Shown in pieces: positions 1 through 12,894 of a stretch of 64,000 bases of DNA. The stretch comes from Eledone cirrhosa. Taxonomy: Eukaryota. The translations under genes and the position numbers were made by a program. Positions within the stretch are counted from its first letter, which is position 1; each line of letters starts with the position of its first letter. The notes below the pieces were generated by a model that ran no database searches, was not told where the DNA came from, and saw only the letters and a program-made list of their open reading frames with translations. The DNA lies in the NCBI GenBank assembly GCA_964016885.1, contig OZ024742.1, positions 212,164,001 through 212,228,000 of the forward strand, given 5' to 3'.

Positions 1-325
1 CACAAAAGGTTAATATCATTTCCCCTTTAAATGTTTTTAACACAAAGTTACTGAATGGTAAAACTAAATATTTTCTTTTACATGAATGTTACATACTTTA
101 ATAATACTTTGAATCCCAGTAGTCAACTGTACATTTATCAGACTTTGTTGTTAGTCAGAACTAAATACTGTTGCACAAAAATCAAAAATGAAAATAATGT
201 TATGACCATTATTGGAATAAACAGATTAAATTAAGTAGCATAATATTTCCTACATTTTGAAAATAAATGGGTGATATGGATAGCCAAGAAACTTTCTTTA
301 TGCCAGCTCAAATTATGAAAGTATT

Positions 326-415
326 AATAATTGTTTCTACTTTAGGCACAAGGCCAGCAATTACCCAGTGCATTACTGGTACTTTATTTTATCGACCCCG
401 TAAGGATGAAAGGCA
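326..415 (-). mobile_element. SINE 3' fragment (tRNA-type SINE family with GCCTTTCATCCTT..GGTCGATAAAAT..GTACCAG central domain)
   Basis: Near-identical to the tail portion of the copies at 19510-19696, 41746-41885 and 46852-47033. Confidence 0.8.
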
Positions 416-995
416 ATAATGATATATAAGAAATAAACGGTAATACTAAGGTGGGATCTAATTAATTTGTAATTTGAAGTCATAGATGCCAGAGAAACAT
501 TTCCCCACTAAAACTACTTTAGCATTTTATTTATTTTGTTATTATTTTGCTTATCTTTAATCATTTACATATATTTGATTACTATTATATGGCTGCAATT
601 TCAATTTAAATAAGAATAAACCTTATACATTAATATAGAATTTATATTTTTATTTATATAACCTGGGCACTTCCATTAGTCGATGAACATTTCACTGCAA
701 TTTAATTAAGTAATATTTTGCATCATTGATGCCATTAGAACAAGATAGCTAGTCTGTATCAAAATGTCAGGTATAACCTTAGGGTCCATCCAGATCAATT
801 AAAATTGTCAAACCAATCTGTCAATAATAATCTTGATTATAGATACTCGAGATCACAACTCATAACACAAGATGAAGTTATAACAATGTCCCTACCATCT
901 AAAAGACATTGTCTTCAAACTACACATACGGCAATATGTTAATGTTTTCTGTGTGCATATGTGCATGTGTGTGATTTGAATATACCACTCACTGT

Positions 996-1165
996 TCAAG
1001 AGTCAGTTGGCCTTGTGGTCCTGGCCAGCAAGATGGAGAAGACATTGCTCTGGAGGATGGCAAAGGAGACGCACTGAGACTGCCACTCCACCTCACGATA
1101 GTAGTGAGTAGGAATGTAGTCCAGGGTGGCAAAAACGCCAGTAGGCTCAACGTAGAACTGTAGCA
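996..1165 (-). pseudogene. Fossil C-terminus of a CRE-like (restriction-like endonuclease) non-LTR retrotransposon
   Basis: Translation FYVEPTGVFA...REVEWQSQCVSFAILQSNVFSILLA resembles the CRE-type C-terminal pattern (F.P.AVET.G......RE..WL.QR.S.AI.RGNA.SIL). It is a GC-richer island in AT-rich DNA. Confidence 0.55.
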
Positions 1166-2650
1166 GTGTAAAGTAAACAATTAAACTGAACAAGTTTGGC
1201 TCCCTCTTACGTTAGGCAGGAGAAAAATAAAATGTATAACTTGTTTATCATATCTTCCTTATTTACTAAGGTTTTTTTATTTGTTTATATAAGAGAGGCT
1301 TCTTATTCAGGTTACAAATATCGACATGAACTTTAACAGACTGAATTTTTGCTGAACCTAATCCCTGTTATATATAAACTGAAGATTATCAAATGCAATC
1401 TGAGAAACTTTTATTAGAAGCAAATTAGTATTTATACATATTAAATGTTATTGTATAGAAAAAAAACAACTAAAAGAATAGAAAGTAACTAAATTAATTT
1501 ATAATACAAAATAAGCCATTTAAATAGTTTTAGCATTTCCTAAAAATATTTCTTTTAACTAACAAGTTAAGAGAATAACATTTCACAAAAAAAAAGAAAA
1601 AAAAAAGCCAAATTGAAAGCAAACTTAGTATTACAGGAGAGAATCTTCACACAGCTAATAACAAACATGATAAATAACAATAACTCATAGACCAGTGTAG
1701 CTATCAGAAAGGCTATTGCCAGTATCAGAACTTAAACTGTGTTTTGGCAATTCTAATTTAGCTTAACAGCTAGCAAATGATGGGCAGCAGGCAGTAAAGG
1801 GAAAATGTGAACAGCAATGTTTTTGTTTATATAAAAGAAAGAAGAGAGAAGGGCTGTAGGAAGGTTAAGATCTGAGAAATTTAGACTAAATGAAATAAAG
1901 CTATAATGAACATCTTTGTTTGAAATAAAATATAGACAGTAATCTGTTGTTTGTATAGTTCTTGAGTTTCTTAAATATAGATTCAGATTCTATTCTAAGT
2001 AAGTAGCACTAGCAAAGAAAGAAAGTAATACAAGACATAAGCAGCCACCAAAATATGTGCAAAGTATGTGTGCGAGTCAATAAATTACTCACAAACCAGG
2101 CTAGAGAAATTTACTAATAATACACACTTTGCAACCAAATGTGAAAGTAAACAGGGAAAAGGTTTGAGAAGTATCAGTTATGCAACAAGTAGTTGTTTTG
2201 AAAGCCAGCAACAAAAGGTAAGACTTTAAAGTGAAATATTATATAGTGAAATATTGTATAGATCACTCACTACTATCCAACCTCTTCCAGCAGAGTAAAC
2301 AGGCATTAGATGATAATGACTACTTACTTTTATCACCATTAATTTAAAAAGTGTTATATTTCTATCAGAAAGACCATTTTCTATTTGACTAAAATTTTTA
2401 TTAGTATATACATTAGAGTACCGTGCAGGAACGTAAGCAAAATGCAGGCCCCTGGTCCATCTTTGAGGTCAGTAGTTCCACTTGAATACTGATTCAGTCA
2501 GTGAAGACCCATCCAACCCTTGCTAGCAGAGAAAATGGATGTTAAGTGGTGATGATGATGATAATGATACAGTAATTATTTGTATAAAATGTTATAATAC
2601 TAATACTAATACTAATTTTAATAATAATACTAATTTTAATATAAAGATAT

Positions 2651-3090
2651 ACCTCCAATAATAATAATAATTGTTTCTACGTTTGGCACAAGGCCAGCAA
2701 TTACCCAGTGCATTACTGGTACTTTATTTTATTGACCCCATAATAATTGTTTCTACTTTAGGCACAAGGCCAGCAATTACCCAGTGTAATACTGGTACTT
2801 TATTTTATCGATCCCATAATAATGAAAGGCAAAGTTAACCTCGGCAGGATTTGAACTCAGAATGGCAAGGGCCGTAACTCTATACGTCAAAGCATGGCGT
2901 CCGACCCTCTACCGATACTGCCAATCCACCTCCAATAATAATAATTGTTTCTACATTAGGCACAAGGCCAGCAATTACCCAGTGCATTACTGGTACTTTA
3001 TTTTATCGACCCCGTAATAATAATAATTGTTTCTACTTTAGGCACAAGGCCAGCAAATACTCAGTGCATTAGTGGTACTTTATTTTATAT
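2651..3090 (-). mobile_element. SINE cluster: one near-complete copy plus three tandem copies of the 3' module
   Basis: Module ttgtttctac..ggcacaaggccagcaattacccagtg..ctggtactttatttta occurs 4 times. The head with a B-box-like gagttcaaatcc (minus strand) is at about 2847-2930. Confidence 0.85.
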
Positions 3091-3385
3091 GAATCCTAAT
3101 AATTAACTGACTTACTTAAAACCCTATTTCAACAAACTGATCTAAATTAACTCAATGATAGTACATTGTACAATACAGTATATAAAACGCAAAGCACAAA
3201 AGTTGATATGATTTCAATCTTATGTTAAAAAAAGAAAATTACAAATTTTTAGTATAACTATAATATATTTGACATTAGTCACAAGTATAAAAAGAAGTTC
3301 TACTTTCACCAGAAATTTACACTTATTTTTACCAATAACGAAAATATGAAAGGCTAAATTGATTTTGATTGGAATTGAACATGTT

Positions 3386-3613
3386 TTAACCCTTTAGCAT
3401 TCACATTACTCTATATATACTATTATATTTTCATGGTAAAAGCTTTACCTTGCATAATTATCTCACATAATATCGAATCTATTAGATTTTGAAAGTATTT
3501 ATTTTGAGAACAATACCTTAACATCAGTTTGAGTGACCAGTTACAGCCAGTTTCAACAGAAAAAGGTAGAGAATTCTGGTCGGTTTTGGCCGGTTTGAAT
3601 ATTAAAGGGTTAA
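3386..3613. mobile_element. piggyBac-type MITE
   Basis: TTAA-CCCTTTAGCATTCA ... TGAATATTAAAGGG-TTAA: terminal inverted repeats beginning CCC, flanked by a TTAA duplication. Confidence 0.8.
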
Positions 3614-3896
3614 GCTTAATACTTTATTACAGAGAGAGAGAGTGAGTGAGTGAGGGTGTGTGTGTGTGTGTGTGTCTGTGTGTGTGTGTGTTTTTTACAT
3701 GTGCCCATGCACAAAATGAAGATTACATGAAGAAATTTAATATCTATATGCTAGAAAATATTAGATTTCATCATTTAATGTTCAATTGCCTTGCTATCAA
3801 GGGTTGGATGGGTCTTCACAGTTTGAGTCAGTACTGAAGCAGGAATACTGACCTCCTTAGTTAAATATTTATCTTTTATTATTAAGATACATGTTT

Positions 3897-4275
3897 AGGC
3901 AGTATTAGAGTGACAGACATCATGCATTGCAGCATAGAGTTATGGACCTTTATGTTCTGAGTTCAAATTCCGCCAATGTTAACTTTGCCTTTCATCCTTA
4001 CGATAAAATAAAGCACCAGTAATGCACTGGGATAATTGCTGGATTATTAAGATACATGTTAAGACGGTGGATTGGCAATATTAGAGCGACAGACAGAATG
4101 CTTTGTGGTATTAGTTACAACTGTCTACATTCTAAGTTCAAATCCCGCTGATGTCAACATTGCCTTTCATCCTTCTGGGATCGCTAAAATAAAATACCAT
4201 TCAAGTACCTAGCTAAGTATAATTGACTTTTCTCTTTCCACAACCTGTTGGCCTTATGCTAATGTTAGAAACAAT
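3897..4275 (+). mobile_element. Two tandem tRNA-type SINE copies
   Basis: Each has a g/agttcaaat B-box-like motif and the gcctttcatcctt domain. The sequence ttattaagatacat recurs before, between and after them. Confidence 0.8.
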
Positions 4276-4667
4276 TATTAAGATACATAAAATTTCACCT
4301 AAATCACAAAGGCAGCATATTCTTGTTAGAAAAGGGTTAACCAATTACATCTACTTGTCCTATACAGTTTTCACAAGACCTCTCCAACTACAATCAACAA
4401 ATTGCCCAGTTGCTTTTGTTTCAAAATTTGCATTCTTTTCATGTAAATTAATATTCACTGCCATCATGACCAAAGCAAACTACATGCGAGTATCTAGATG
4501 GCCAATCAACCTGCTAGAAATAGCAGTCAAACCACTACATCCACCTTAGAAATCAACATATTGTATAACATGGTCCTGGGTTCCTAGGCAATAATAAAAA
4601 GACAGAATGGTCACAGATGGAATAGCTTTGGTTTGGTTTTTCTTCACAAATCAAGTATTTATATAAC

Positions 4668-5672
4668 ACTAGCATTAAAGCCCAGCGTTGCTCGGGGTCA
4701 GTAAGTTACCAAAGTTAGGTTGCACCACCCATTTTATGGCAGCACTTTTTTGTCTGCCAGGCACTGGGTGAATGAATTGCAGACCTGGAAGCATGAGCTG
4801 TGCCAGCAGTGACAATTTTAGTTTCGCCTATGGATATTATCTCTGTGCAAAGAAGTGTTGAAATTTATTGTTTCACAGTACTTGCGCAACACGTGCGTAG
4901 ACAATGCCAGCCGAACAACAGAGCTGCGATGGAGTTGTTCTGCATGGTTGTCTAATGTGTGTTTTCTAAATTTAAGACAGTAGGGAGGGGTGTGATATGG
5001 GGGAGAGTTAGCTGCTGTTTCTAGCAGGTTTAGTGACCTCATAGAGGATATGTTTTCTAAATTTAAGACAATAGGGAGTGGTGTGATATGGGGGAGAGTT
5101 AGCTGCTGTTTCTAGCAGGTTTAGTGACCTCATAGAGGATATTATTGTGTATAGTAAATGAACTGATACTTCTTTCTTCCACGTTCGTTGATAGATGTTT
5201 TAAAAAAGATTTATCGCTATTTTTTTTGTTGTTGAATAAATTTATCTGTTGCTTTTGAATAATTGTTGTTTCATATGAAATGTAATAAGTTCTCTTTGTC
5301 GAAGTAAATAAATGTTTGACCGTTCCACACTCAAAAACAAACGTTCTCTCTCTCTCCCTCTCTTAAAGTTTGTAAGTTTAATCGTATATCAGAGAAAATT
5401 GCAGCATGTATGTAGTTTTATCGAATTTTAAGAGGAGTAGAGAGAGGTAAACTGATTGTATTAGAGGGGTAAAGCGTCATGTATTCAGTTTTATCGATTA
5501 TTTCCGTAATTGTGGGTGAGTGTGAATGAAATAAATAGTCGTTGACCTAAGTTGGACCATTTACAACATTCTTACAGACTTTGAGTCGAATCGGTTTGAA
5601 ATTGTGCAACTGTATAAACATGGAACATGCACACACACACACAACAACAACAATCTGCCTTTTATAGATAAT
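4668..5672 (+). mobile_element. Non-autonomous Helitron/Helentron-like element
   Basis: The 5' end ACTAGC..CCCAGCGTTGCTCGGG has a short hairpin. The 3' end has aatcggttt..(CA)n..tctgccttttataga, as in DINE-1/Lep1-like elements. There is an internal 91-bp tandem duplication (4960-5141). Confidence 0.6.
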
Positions 5673-6984
5673 TATACACAACTACTAAAATATGGTTTTC
5701 TAAGAGTGATTTTTATTCAGTATACAAGTTATAGGAAAGTGTCTATACTTTAAATAGTATGAGGAATTCATAAATCATTGACAATGTATTAATTGGTTAT
5801 TTTCTCTACAGAGTTATTCAAGTCAAGAAGAGAATTATAAAGCAAGTCAAGAAGAGAATTATAAAGCAATGGTAAGCATTCTGTTTTAGTAATTATCATG
5901 AATCATTGTTTTTAGATACAGCCTGGAGAAGTGATAATAGTATAGAAAGTGCAGTCATATTGCTAGAACACTGATCAGTTGATCTTAACCGAAGTGGCTT
6001 CTATGCGGTCACTAAATTTATGAGCAATAGTAGCCAAATCTTCCTCAAATAATACTCAACCATCTTTAAAATAGTTGGAATGCTTTTGATCACAGGTTTG
6101 TCTTTAAAAAAGGGAAGGGAACATTAGATAATGTACCTCTAGATGCATTATGTGTGAATAAAAAGATGGGGTGGTCATAGTTGGAATGCTTTTGATCACA
6201 TGCCTGCTGGATCAGGGCTGCACTGGAGCTAAACAACAACAACTAAGATGATGAAACAATCTGCAATTTTATAATGTTGCCAGTGTTTGTAGCAATGATT
6301 CATTTTACTTTTACAACCAGGTGGCCATTGACATAGCATAAGTGGTGAACGAAAAGAAAGTGCTAACCCTCATAACTGATTACCAGATACACTATTAACT
6401 CAGTCAGCTGCAGTTCACCTTAACAATCACATGAATAAATGTTTAAAAGAATTGTAAAGAAAGATTCCATGTATTTGACAAATTAACTGACAGTTGCAAC
6501 TGAAGACTAAATATATTTTGACAAAAGGAAAGTTATATCATGACTTATGCACTGTTCATTTTCCTGACGTTTGTACATTACCCTATGTACTATACATACA
6601 CTTTTGATGAGTTGTAGTGCACCAGAGCACTCTACACAATATTTTCATTATTATTTTTCATTATTATTATTATTATACAAATACCAAGATTAATATGCTA
6701 TCTGAACGTAATGTGCCATTCTATATTTATTAAGAGATTAATTTTTTAAAATAAGTGCTGGTGCCATGTTAAAATACACCTAGTACAGTCTGTAAAGTTG
6801 TTAATGTTAGGAAGGGCATTTAGCTGTAGAAACCATGCCAAAACTAGAATGTATATAAGCAAACTGTCTAGGACAGTAGCTACAATTAAGTACTGCTTTG
6901 GCGAATAATGACTCGTCCAACCTATACTAGCATGGAAAAAACAGATGGAAAATGATTATAATGGTGAAGTTAATCAGAAAAGGA

Positions 6985-7340
6985 GTAGCAGTGCCCATGA
7001 CCTATGCAGCTCTTCTAAGACTGGTGAGATTGATGTTGTTGATGTTCAGTATAAAATCCTGTAGTTCAATAGGAGTGTAGTTGTAAGCTGTAATGATTCA
7101 GTAAAGTGTTTAGATCTAGGTGAGGACATACAGTGGAGATGACAAGGCGAGATAAATTTCATGAGTAGAGGTCATTGTAGTATTGGTGATACATCTGTAG
7201 AGCTAGAGATTATTGTATGTTGATAAGTCAGTCTTTATTAATGAACAAAACAGCATAATGGCCTTGTTTTGGAAGTTTATGTGTAGCAGCACCACCATCC
7301 ATTTGAACAAATTTGAATATATTAGAAGGAAATTTCCATG
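6985..7340 (-). pseudogene. Highly degraded CR1-like LINE 3' remnant
   Basis: Fragmentary translation LQMYHQYYNDLYS*NLSRLV resembles the CR1 ORF2 C-terminus (LFYRYYHG.CS.EL..LVP); many stops. Confidence 0.35.
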
Positions 7341-8010
7341 TTCTGACTGTATTTAATGAGCAACGAATATCAAGTAATTAAAAAAAAATTAATGGCAAAG
7401 CATTCGTTATAGATGCTATTGTAGGCTACAAAGTTTTTAAAATTCTAAATCCGTCAGAATTTGGAGAAACTCATGTTAATGCTACCTCTCAGCTAAATTT
7501 CTTCATGTACTTAATGCAATCTGTTGGGGGATTCATTCTACTAAGATATTAGATAGTTATGTTTACAAAATATGTTGCCTTCTGTTCACAAAATATTAAC
7601 TTCTGTTAAGTTGTTAGATAATTCAAAAATATTAAAATCGATCTGTTTATGAAATATATTTATTTCTGTTAAGATGGTAAAAAGATATATTAAAAATGCT
7701 TTCAGAGATAGCAAAAAAATCTTTTTAATAACATCTTGTAATTTACTAGACATCAAAAGCAGTTAACCCATAACAGTAAACATTTTATAAAACAAGATAC
7801 TAGAAAATGTGACAAGTAGATCAGTCATTCATAGTTAAGATATCACACCGTACAGTATTATGAAGGTATAATCATTTGTATTCTACATAAACACTGGATT
7901 TTTTTAAAAACCTTTTTATGTGAAAAAAAAAAAAATGCTGGTAATTTATGGTAGAAAAAAAAACATAACTAAAAGAATAAATGAATTTCATTAATATATA
8001 TATATATATA

Positions 8011-8385
8011 AATTCCGACCTCACACACTTACACCTCTCCAAGACAATGTCACTTGACCGAGATCTTTGGCGCTACACAGTAATACAGAAGACCCGTCTT
8101 GCCTAAGTACAAAGCGAAACCTACAGTCAGTAGGCACCTCTAACAAAAATACACCCCTGTCCCACTACCCCCACCCCAATACACCACCCCTTTCAATGTG
8201 AAGTTATGTTGGTACCACAACATCCAGTCCGAAACAAATGAGGTCATGTAGGTGTCACGACAAAAAAACACACAGTCCACGCTGTAATGTGGCCATGTAG
8301 GTAACACGGTAAAAACCTCCCAGTCCACACTGTAAACGTGGTTGGTGTTAGGAAGGGCATCCAGCTATAGAAAACCCGCCAGACA
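8011..8385 (+). mobile_element. RTE LINE 3'-region fragment (family A)
   Basis: Nearly identical to the reverse complement of 23905-24283 and to 16138-16405. Confidence 0.85.
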
Positions 8386-8449
8386 GCATTAGGCGATTTA
8401 GCGATGTCTCTCTATAATTCTTAGTCTTTCTTTTTAGATAGATACATAG

Positions 8450-9095
8450 ATATGCTCCGATGGATGTGTAACAGTAATATACGTGAACGACAAAGCATAA
8501 ATGAATTGAGAGAGAGACTGAGCATAAGAGGAATCAAATGCTGCGTGCAGGAGAGGCGGTTACGCTGGTATGGACATGTGATGCGTATGAAGGATGACAG
8601 CTGCATAAAAAGGTGCAGAGCACTAGAAGTTGATGGAAACCGCGGAGTGGGGAGACCCAAGATGACTTGGGATGAGGTGATAAAAGCCGACCTTACCCAA
8701 CTACACCTCTCAAAGTCAATGACACACGACCGTGACTTCTGGCGTCACGCAGTAATACAGGGTACCCGACCTCCCATGGGTACATGCTGAAGCATATAAA
8801 CAATATGCCCCCCCCCCCCCCACCGCAAGGTGGTCGTGGAGGTGCCACGGCAAAAAAGCACCCAGCCCACACTGTAAAGTGGACGTGTAGGCGCCACGAA
8901 AAAGCACCCAGCACTCACTGTAAATGAGGTTGGTGTTAGGAAGGGCATCCAGCTGTAGAAATCAAGCCAGATCAGTTCCTGTATGAGCAAGGCATGGTCA
9001 GCCGACCAGACACTGCCCACAACAGGACAACCCGTCTAACCCATGCTAGCGTGGAAGAACGGACGTAAAACGGTGATGATGATGATGATGATGAT
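8450..9095 (+). mobile_element. 5'-truncated RTE LINE: RT C-terminus, downstream UTR and (TGA)n tail
   Basis: ORF MLRWMC...ERRLRWYGHVMRM...RGVGRPKMTW is the typical RTE thumb/C-terminus; the element ends in gatgatgat. Confidence 0.9.
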
Positions 9096-9198
9096 ATAAC
9101 GTTGCGCCCTTATAATATCTGTCTGTATGTCTGTTGTCTGCATGTGTATATATGTATATATAGCGTGTGTATATATATATATCATCATCATCATCATT

Positions 9199-10882
9199 TC
9201 ACATCCACTCTTCCCTGCTTGCAAGGGTGGGACGGGTCTTATTCAGCACAGCATCTCTCCACTCGTCACGGTCCTTCGTCATCTCCACCGTGAGCTTCAA
9301 CGATCTGAGGTCTGTTCTCACCACCTCCGCCCATGTTTTTCGTGGTCTACCTCTACCACGTCTTCCTTCAACTGGCATTTCCTGGCACTTCTTCACCCAT
9401 CGGTCATCCTCTTTGCGCATCACATGTCCATACCACCTCAGTCTCCTCTCCCGTACACTACATTCTATCCCTCTCAGACACAATTTCTCTCTCAACACAT
9501 TCATGTTGGGTCGTTCACGCACATTTACACTGCACATCCAACGGAGCATGCTTGCCTCATTTCTCTCTAGCCATCGCATATCCTCTGCAGTTGCTGCCCA
9601 TGTCTCACTACCATGCAGCATCGTGCTCCTCACAGAGGCATCATACAACTGGCCTTTCGTACGCAGGGAGAAACCCTTCTTCGTCAGCAGAGGAAGCAGC
9701 TCCCTAAACTTCTTCCAACCCGTCCTTATTCTAGATACTATGGCCTCGGAACACCCTCCTCCCATGCTAATCTGATCTCCTAGGTACTGGAAGCTATCCA
9801 CCACTTCTATAGCACCCTCCTGCATTTGAAAAATGTGTCTATCAATGCGACTTCTACTGTCTAATTTCCCTGTACATCTACTGCATACATATTTCTCCCT
9901 ACCTGTTAGTTTGCCTGCTATCCCGCTACATCTCTTGTGTACCCAGGATCTGCATTGTGTGCATTTTATAGAATTTATGCCAGTTCCTTTTCTGCATATC
10001 AAACATGGCCATTTCCCTGACGGAATCAGAGTTTTGTCCCCTTTTCTACTCATCAACACTTTTGTCTTAGCTAGGTTCAATCTCAGTCCTCTTGCTTACA
10101 ACTGCTGTTTCCATAGCCAGAATTTATTCTCTCGCTCCTCTACTGATTCTGCTATAAGAACCAGATCGTCAGCATAAGTATAGTGGCTTATTTTTCTCTA
10201 AGAACCTCTCTTGCAATTGTCTCACCAAGAAGAGGGCATCTGTTGTACTCTTCCCAGGCACAAAACCAAACTGCATCTCATCTAGTTTGACCCTTTCTCT
10301 AATTAGTTGTGCTAATATCCTTTCTGCCACTTTCATAACCTGATCCATCAGTTTTATACCCCTATAATTGCTCCTCTCCAGAGCATCCCCTTTACCTTTG
10401 TAGCAATTTATGAGAATACTGCTGCACCAGTCTTTGGGTACGACACCACCATATATAGCCTGATTGATGATGCGTGCAACCAGTTTAGTGCCTACGTCCC
10501 TTGATGCCTTCAGCATCTCAGCAACTATTCCCGATGGTCCAGCAGCCTTACCATTTTTTATTTCCTTAATCGCCTCTTGGACCCTATATTCGTCAATCTC
10601 AAAAGCTGGTCCCTCTGTCGGATCTACTAAGGGTAATTTCTCTCTCTCCCATTCGTTCTCCACATTCATCAGTCTCTCATAATGACATTTCCAGGCCTCC
10701 TTTTTCTGGTCATTCGTGACAGTAAGTACACCGGCATCATTCCGGACACATTTATCTCCAACAACATCCTGATTTGCATTGACACACTGCCTTGCAATGT
10801 GGAACACTGCACGCCTCTGATCTTCCCGTCGCAGAACATTGGCAAACCGCCTACTCTCAGCCTCCCTGCGTGCTAAGTACAC
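9199..10882 (-). pseudogene. RTE ORF segments 2-3: reverse transcriptase with inserted PHD-like Cys/His finger
   Basis: Two ORFs in different frames. CLIC..CTQC..WVHKRC..CSRC lies between the YADD region and YLG. Confidence 0.9.
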
Positions 10883-10998
10883 CTGACGTCTCGCTTCTCT
10901 CTTAGCGGCTGTATATTCTTCCCTACTCCCACCCTTTTTCCAAGCCTTCCATGCTAGTCTTTTGTCTCTAATGGCCTATCTACTGTGCTGTTCCACCA

Positions 10999-11967
10999 TC
11001 AGGTCACTCTCTGTCTGGTTGGAGCTCTGCTCCAGCCACAAGTTTCATCAGTAGCCTGTAGCAAGTTGTCACGTAAGAAATTCCAGTTATTATCTATGTC
11101 ATACATCTCTAAATCGTCATATACATCTTGAAGGGCTTTCCTAAATTTGTATTTTAGTGAAAGGTCTTTTAGCTTCCAGACCTTTCTTCTCCACACCTTC
11201 CTGTATGTCTCATTCCATCTCTTGCATACTGAGATATCACTAACGACTAACTTATGCTGTGGAGTACATTCTTCCCCAGGGTATGCCTTGGTATTAGACA
11301 CTATCTGCCTGTCCCGCTGCCTAACTAGTAAGAAGTCAATCTGGCTTATGTGCTCACCAGATTTGTAGGTTATTAGGTGATTGGCAGGTTTCTGGAAGTT
11401 TGTGTTGCAAATAGTCAATGTACCAGCATCACAAAATTCAAGAAGTCTCACTCCTTCATTTCTTGAACCGTAACCGTGCCCACCATGTACCCCAGTGTAA
11501 CCATCCTGGAGCTGTCCAACATGACCATTGAAGTCCCCTGCTAGCATAACGATGTCTCCGTCCTCTGTCATTGCGGTTGTTTGTAAAAGTTGCTCGTAAA
11601 AGCAGTCTTTCTCCTCTTTGCCTAGGCCTGCTTGGGGAGCATAGGCAGAGATGATTGTCAGTAGTCTCCTGCCTACAACTAATCTAAGCTTAATTATTCG
11701 ATTACTAACTCGAACTACCTCTATTGTCTTACTGATCCATTTCTCAGCCAGGAAAATGCCTACTCCCCCTAACCCATCATCCTTACCTACCCATAAACTA
11801 AAGCTAAGATGTTTGCCTACAAGTCTCGCAGAGGCACCTCTCCATCTCACCTCTTGCAGGCAGCACACATCCACATGCCTTCTCTCCAGCATCTCCGCTA
11901 TTTCAGCAGATCTACCTCTGAGAGTGCCAACATTAAGTGTTGCAACTCTGAGATGCGACATCTTCAT
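10999..11967 (-). pseudogene. RTE ORF segment 1: apurinic-like endonuclease domain
   Basis: 322-aa ORF with exonuclease-endonuclease-phosphatase motifs; ends by frameshift at the RVT/WW motif. Confidence 0.92.
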
Positions 11968-12442
11968 ATTTTATTGTTGTTCCTATTTGTTGCTGTGCTG
12001 ATAAGCGTTTTGGCATTGATACACTGGTTGGATGCCTTTCCTAACACCAGCGCCACTTTACAGCATGGACTGGGTGCTTTTATTTGTGCTACCAGCACTA
12101 GAGAGGATGTATTACTAGACTCAAGGGCCCTCTCTACCCCTCCATTTTACAGCACGGTCATAACCCCCCACCCCCCCAAAAAAACCCATTTATTGACACG
12201 ACACACACAAACACTCATGCATACAAACTACAAACACACACGCCACTCACACACCAACACTCATTCATGCATACAAACACACACACCACGCACACACACA
12301 CATATATATATATATTACCAGCAGTACTGATACAAAATCAAAATCATGTCAACTGTTGACTTTTCCCAGTCCAGTTCAGTTTTTATATAATAATAATAAT
12401 AATTATTATTATATATAATATATATATATGTATATATATATA

Positions 12443-12498
<56 letters not shown>

Positions 12499-12578
12499 TG
12501 TGTGTGTAACATTTTTCGAAATATTTACTTCTGCGTTCACAGATTGATTTTTTTAGTTTCAGAAAATCCCGTTAAGGG

Positions 12579-12801
12579 TGAAAGCAGCGATTCTTTGCTT
12601 AAATTTTAATCTGTTACTTTAATATATATATATTCGTGTACAGATATTTTTGCATACACAATAACAAAATATAAAGAAACGTATTTATTTCACGAGGCTC
12701 AATAAGGATAAATATATCTGTACATGAATATATAATTATATATATATATATATATATTAAAATAACAGATTAAAGTTTAAGCAAAGAATCACTGCTTTTA
12801 C
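12579..12801. repeat. Foldback/MITE-like inverted repeat
   Basis: aaagcagcgattctttgcttaaattttaatctgtta..gtacagatat is mirrored by atatctgtac..taacagattaaagtttaagcaaagaatcactgcttt; part of the arm recurs at 52891-52915. Confidence 0.75.
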
Positions 12802-12894
12802 GGGTGTACAAAAATAATCCAATTAACATCAACAATACTATGGCTTGAAGTACTTAAAGATTGCCTGTAGTTTTCAAACTTTCATGCAAATCAG

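Larger units (their letters stand above)
9181..12100 (-). mobile_element. Near full-length RTE-clade LINE (APE endonuclease + RT), disrupted by frameshifts and an internal RT deletion
   Basis: APE motifs TLNVGTL, CLQEVRW, ISAYAPQ, GDFNGHVG, SQIDFLL, QHKLV (10999-11967). RT N-terminal motifs KAAGPSG, YKGKGD..NYRGI, QFGF.PGKSTTDA (10169-10882). YADD at about 10164-10176, then YLG and RLRWYGHV (9199-10080). (TGA)n tail at 9181-9197. Confidence 0.95.

Noticed and set aside
989-1180. Possible host exon (AG acceptor near 1160, GTGAGT donor near 988-993)
   Set aside because: The best-looking frame matches a CRE-like retroelement C-terminus and has a stop before the donor; exonisation cannot be excluded.
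1379-1415. CTGAAGA...GAAA spacing like a hammerhead
   Set aside because: Intervening sequence does not form a credible stem II; expected by chance.
12560-12595. Hammerhead-like CAGAAAA-TCCC-GTTAA-GGGT-GAAA at the edge of the 12.6-kb foldback
   Set aside because: Core deviates at two conserved positions and there is no convincing stem I or III; at best a decayed relic.
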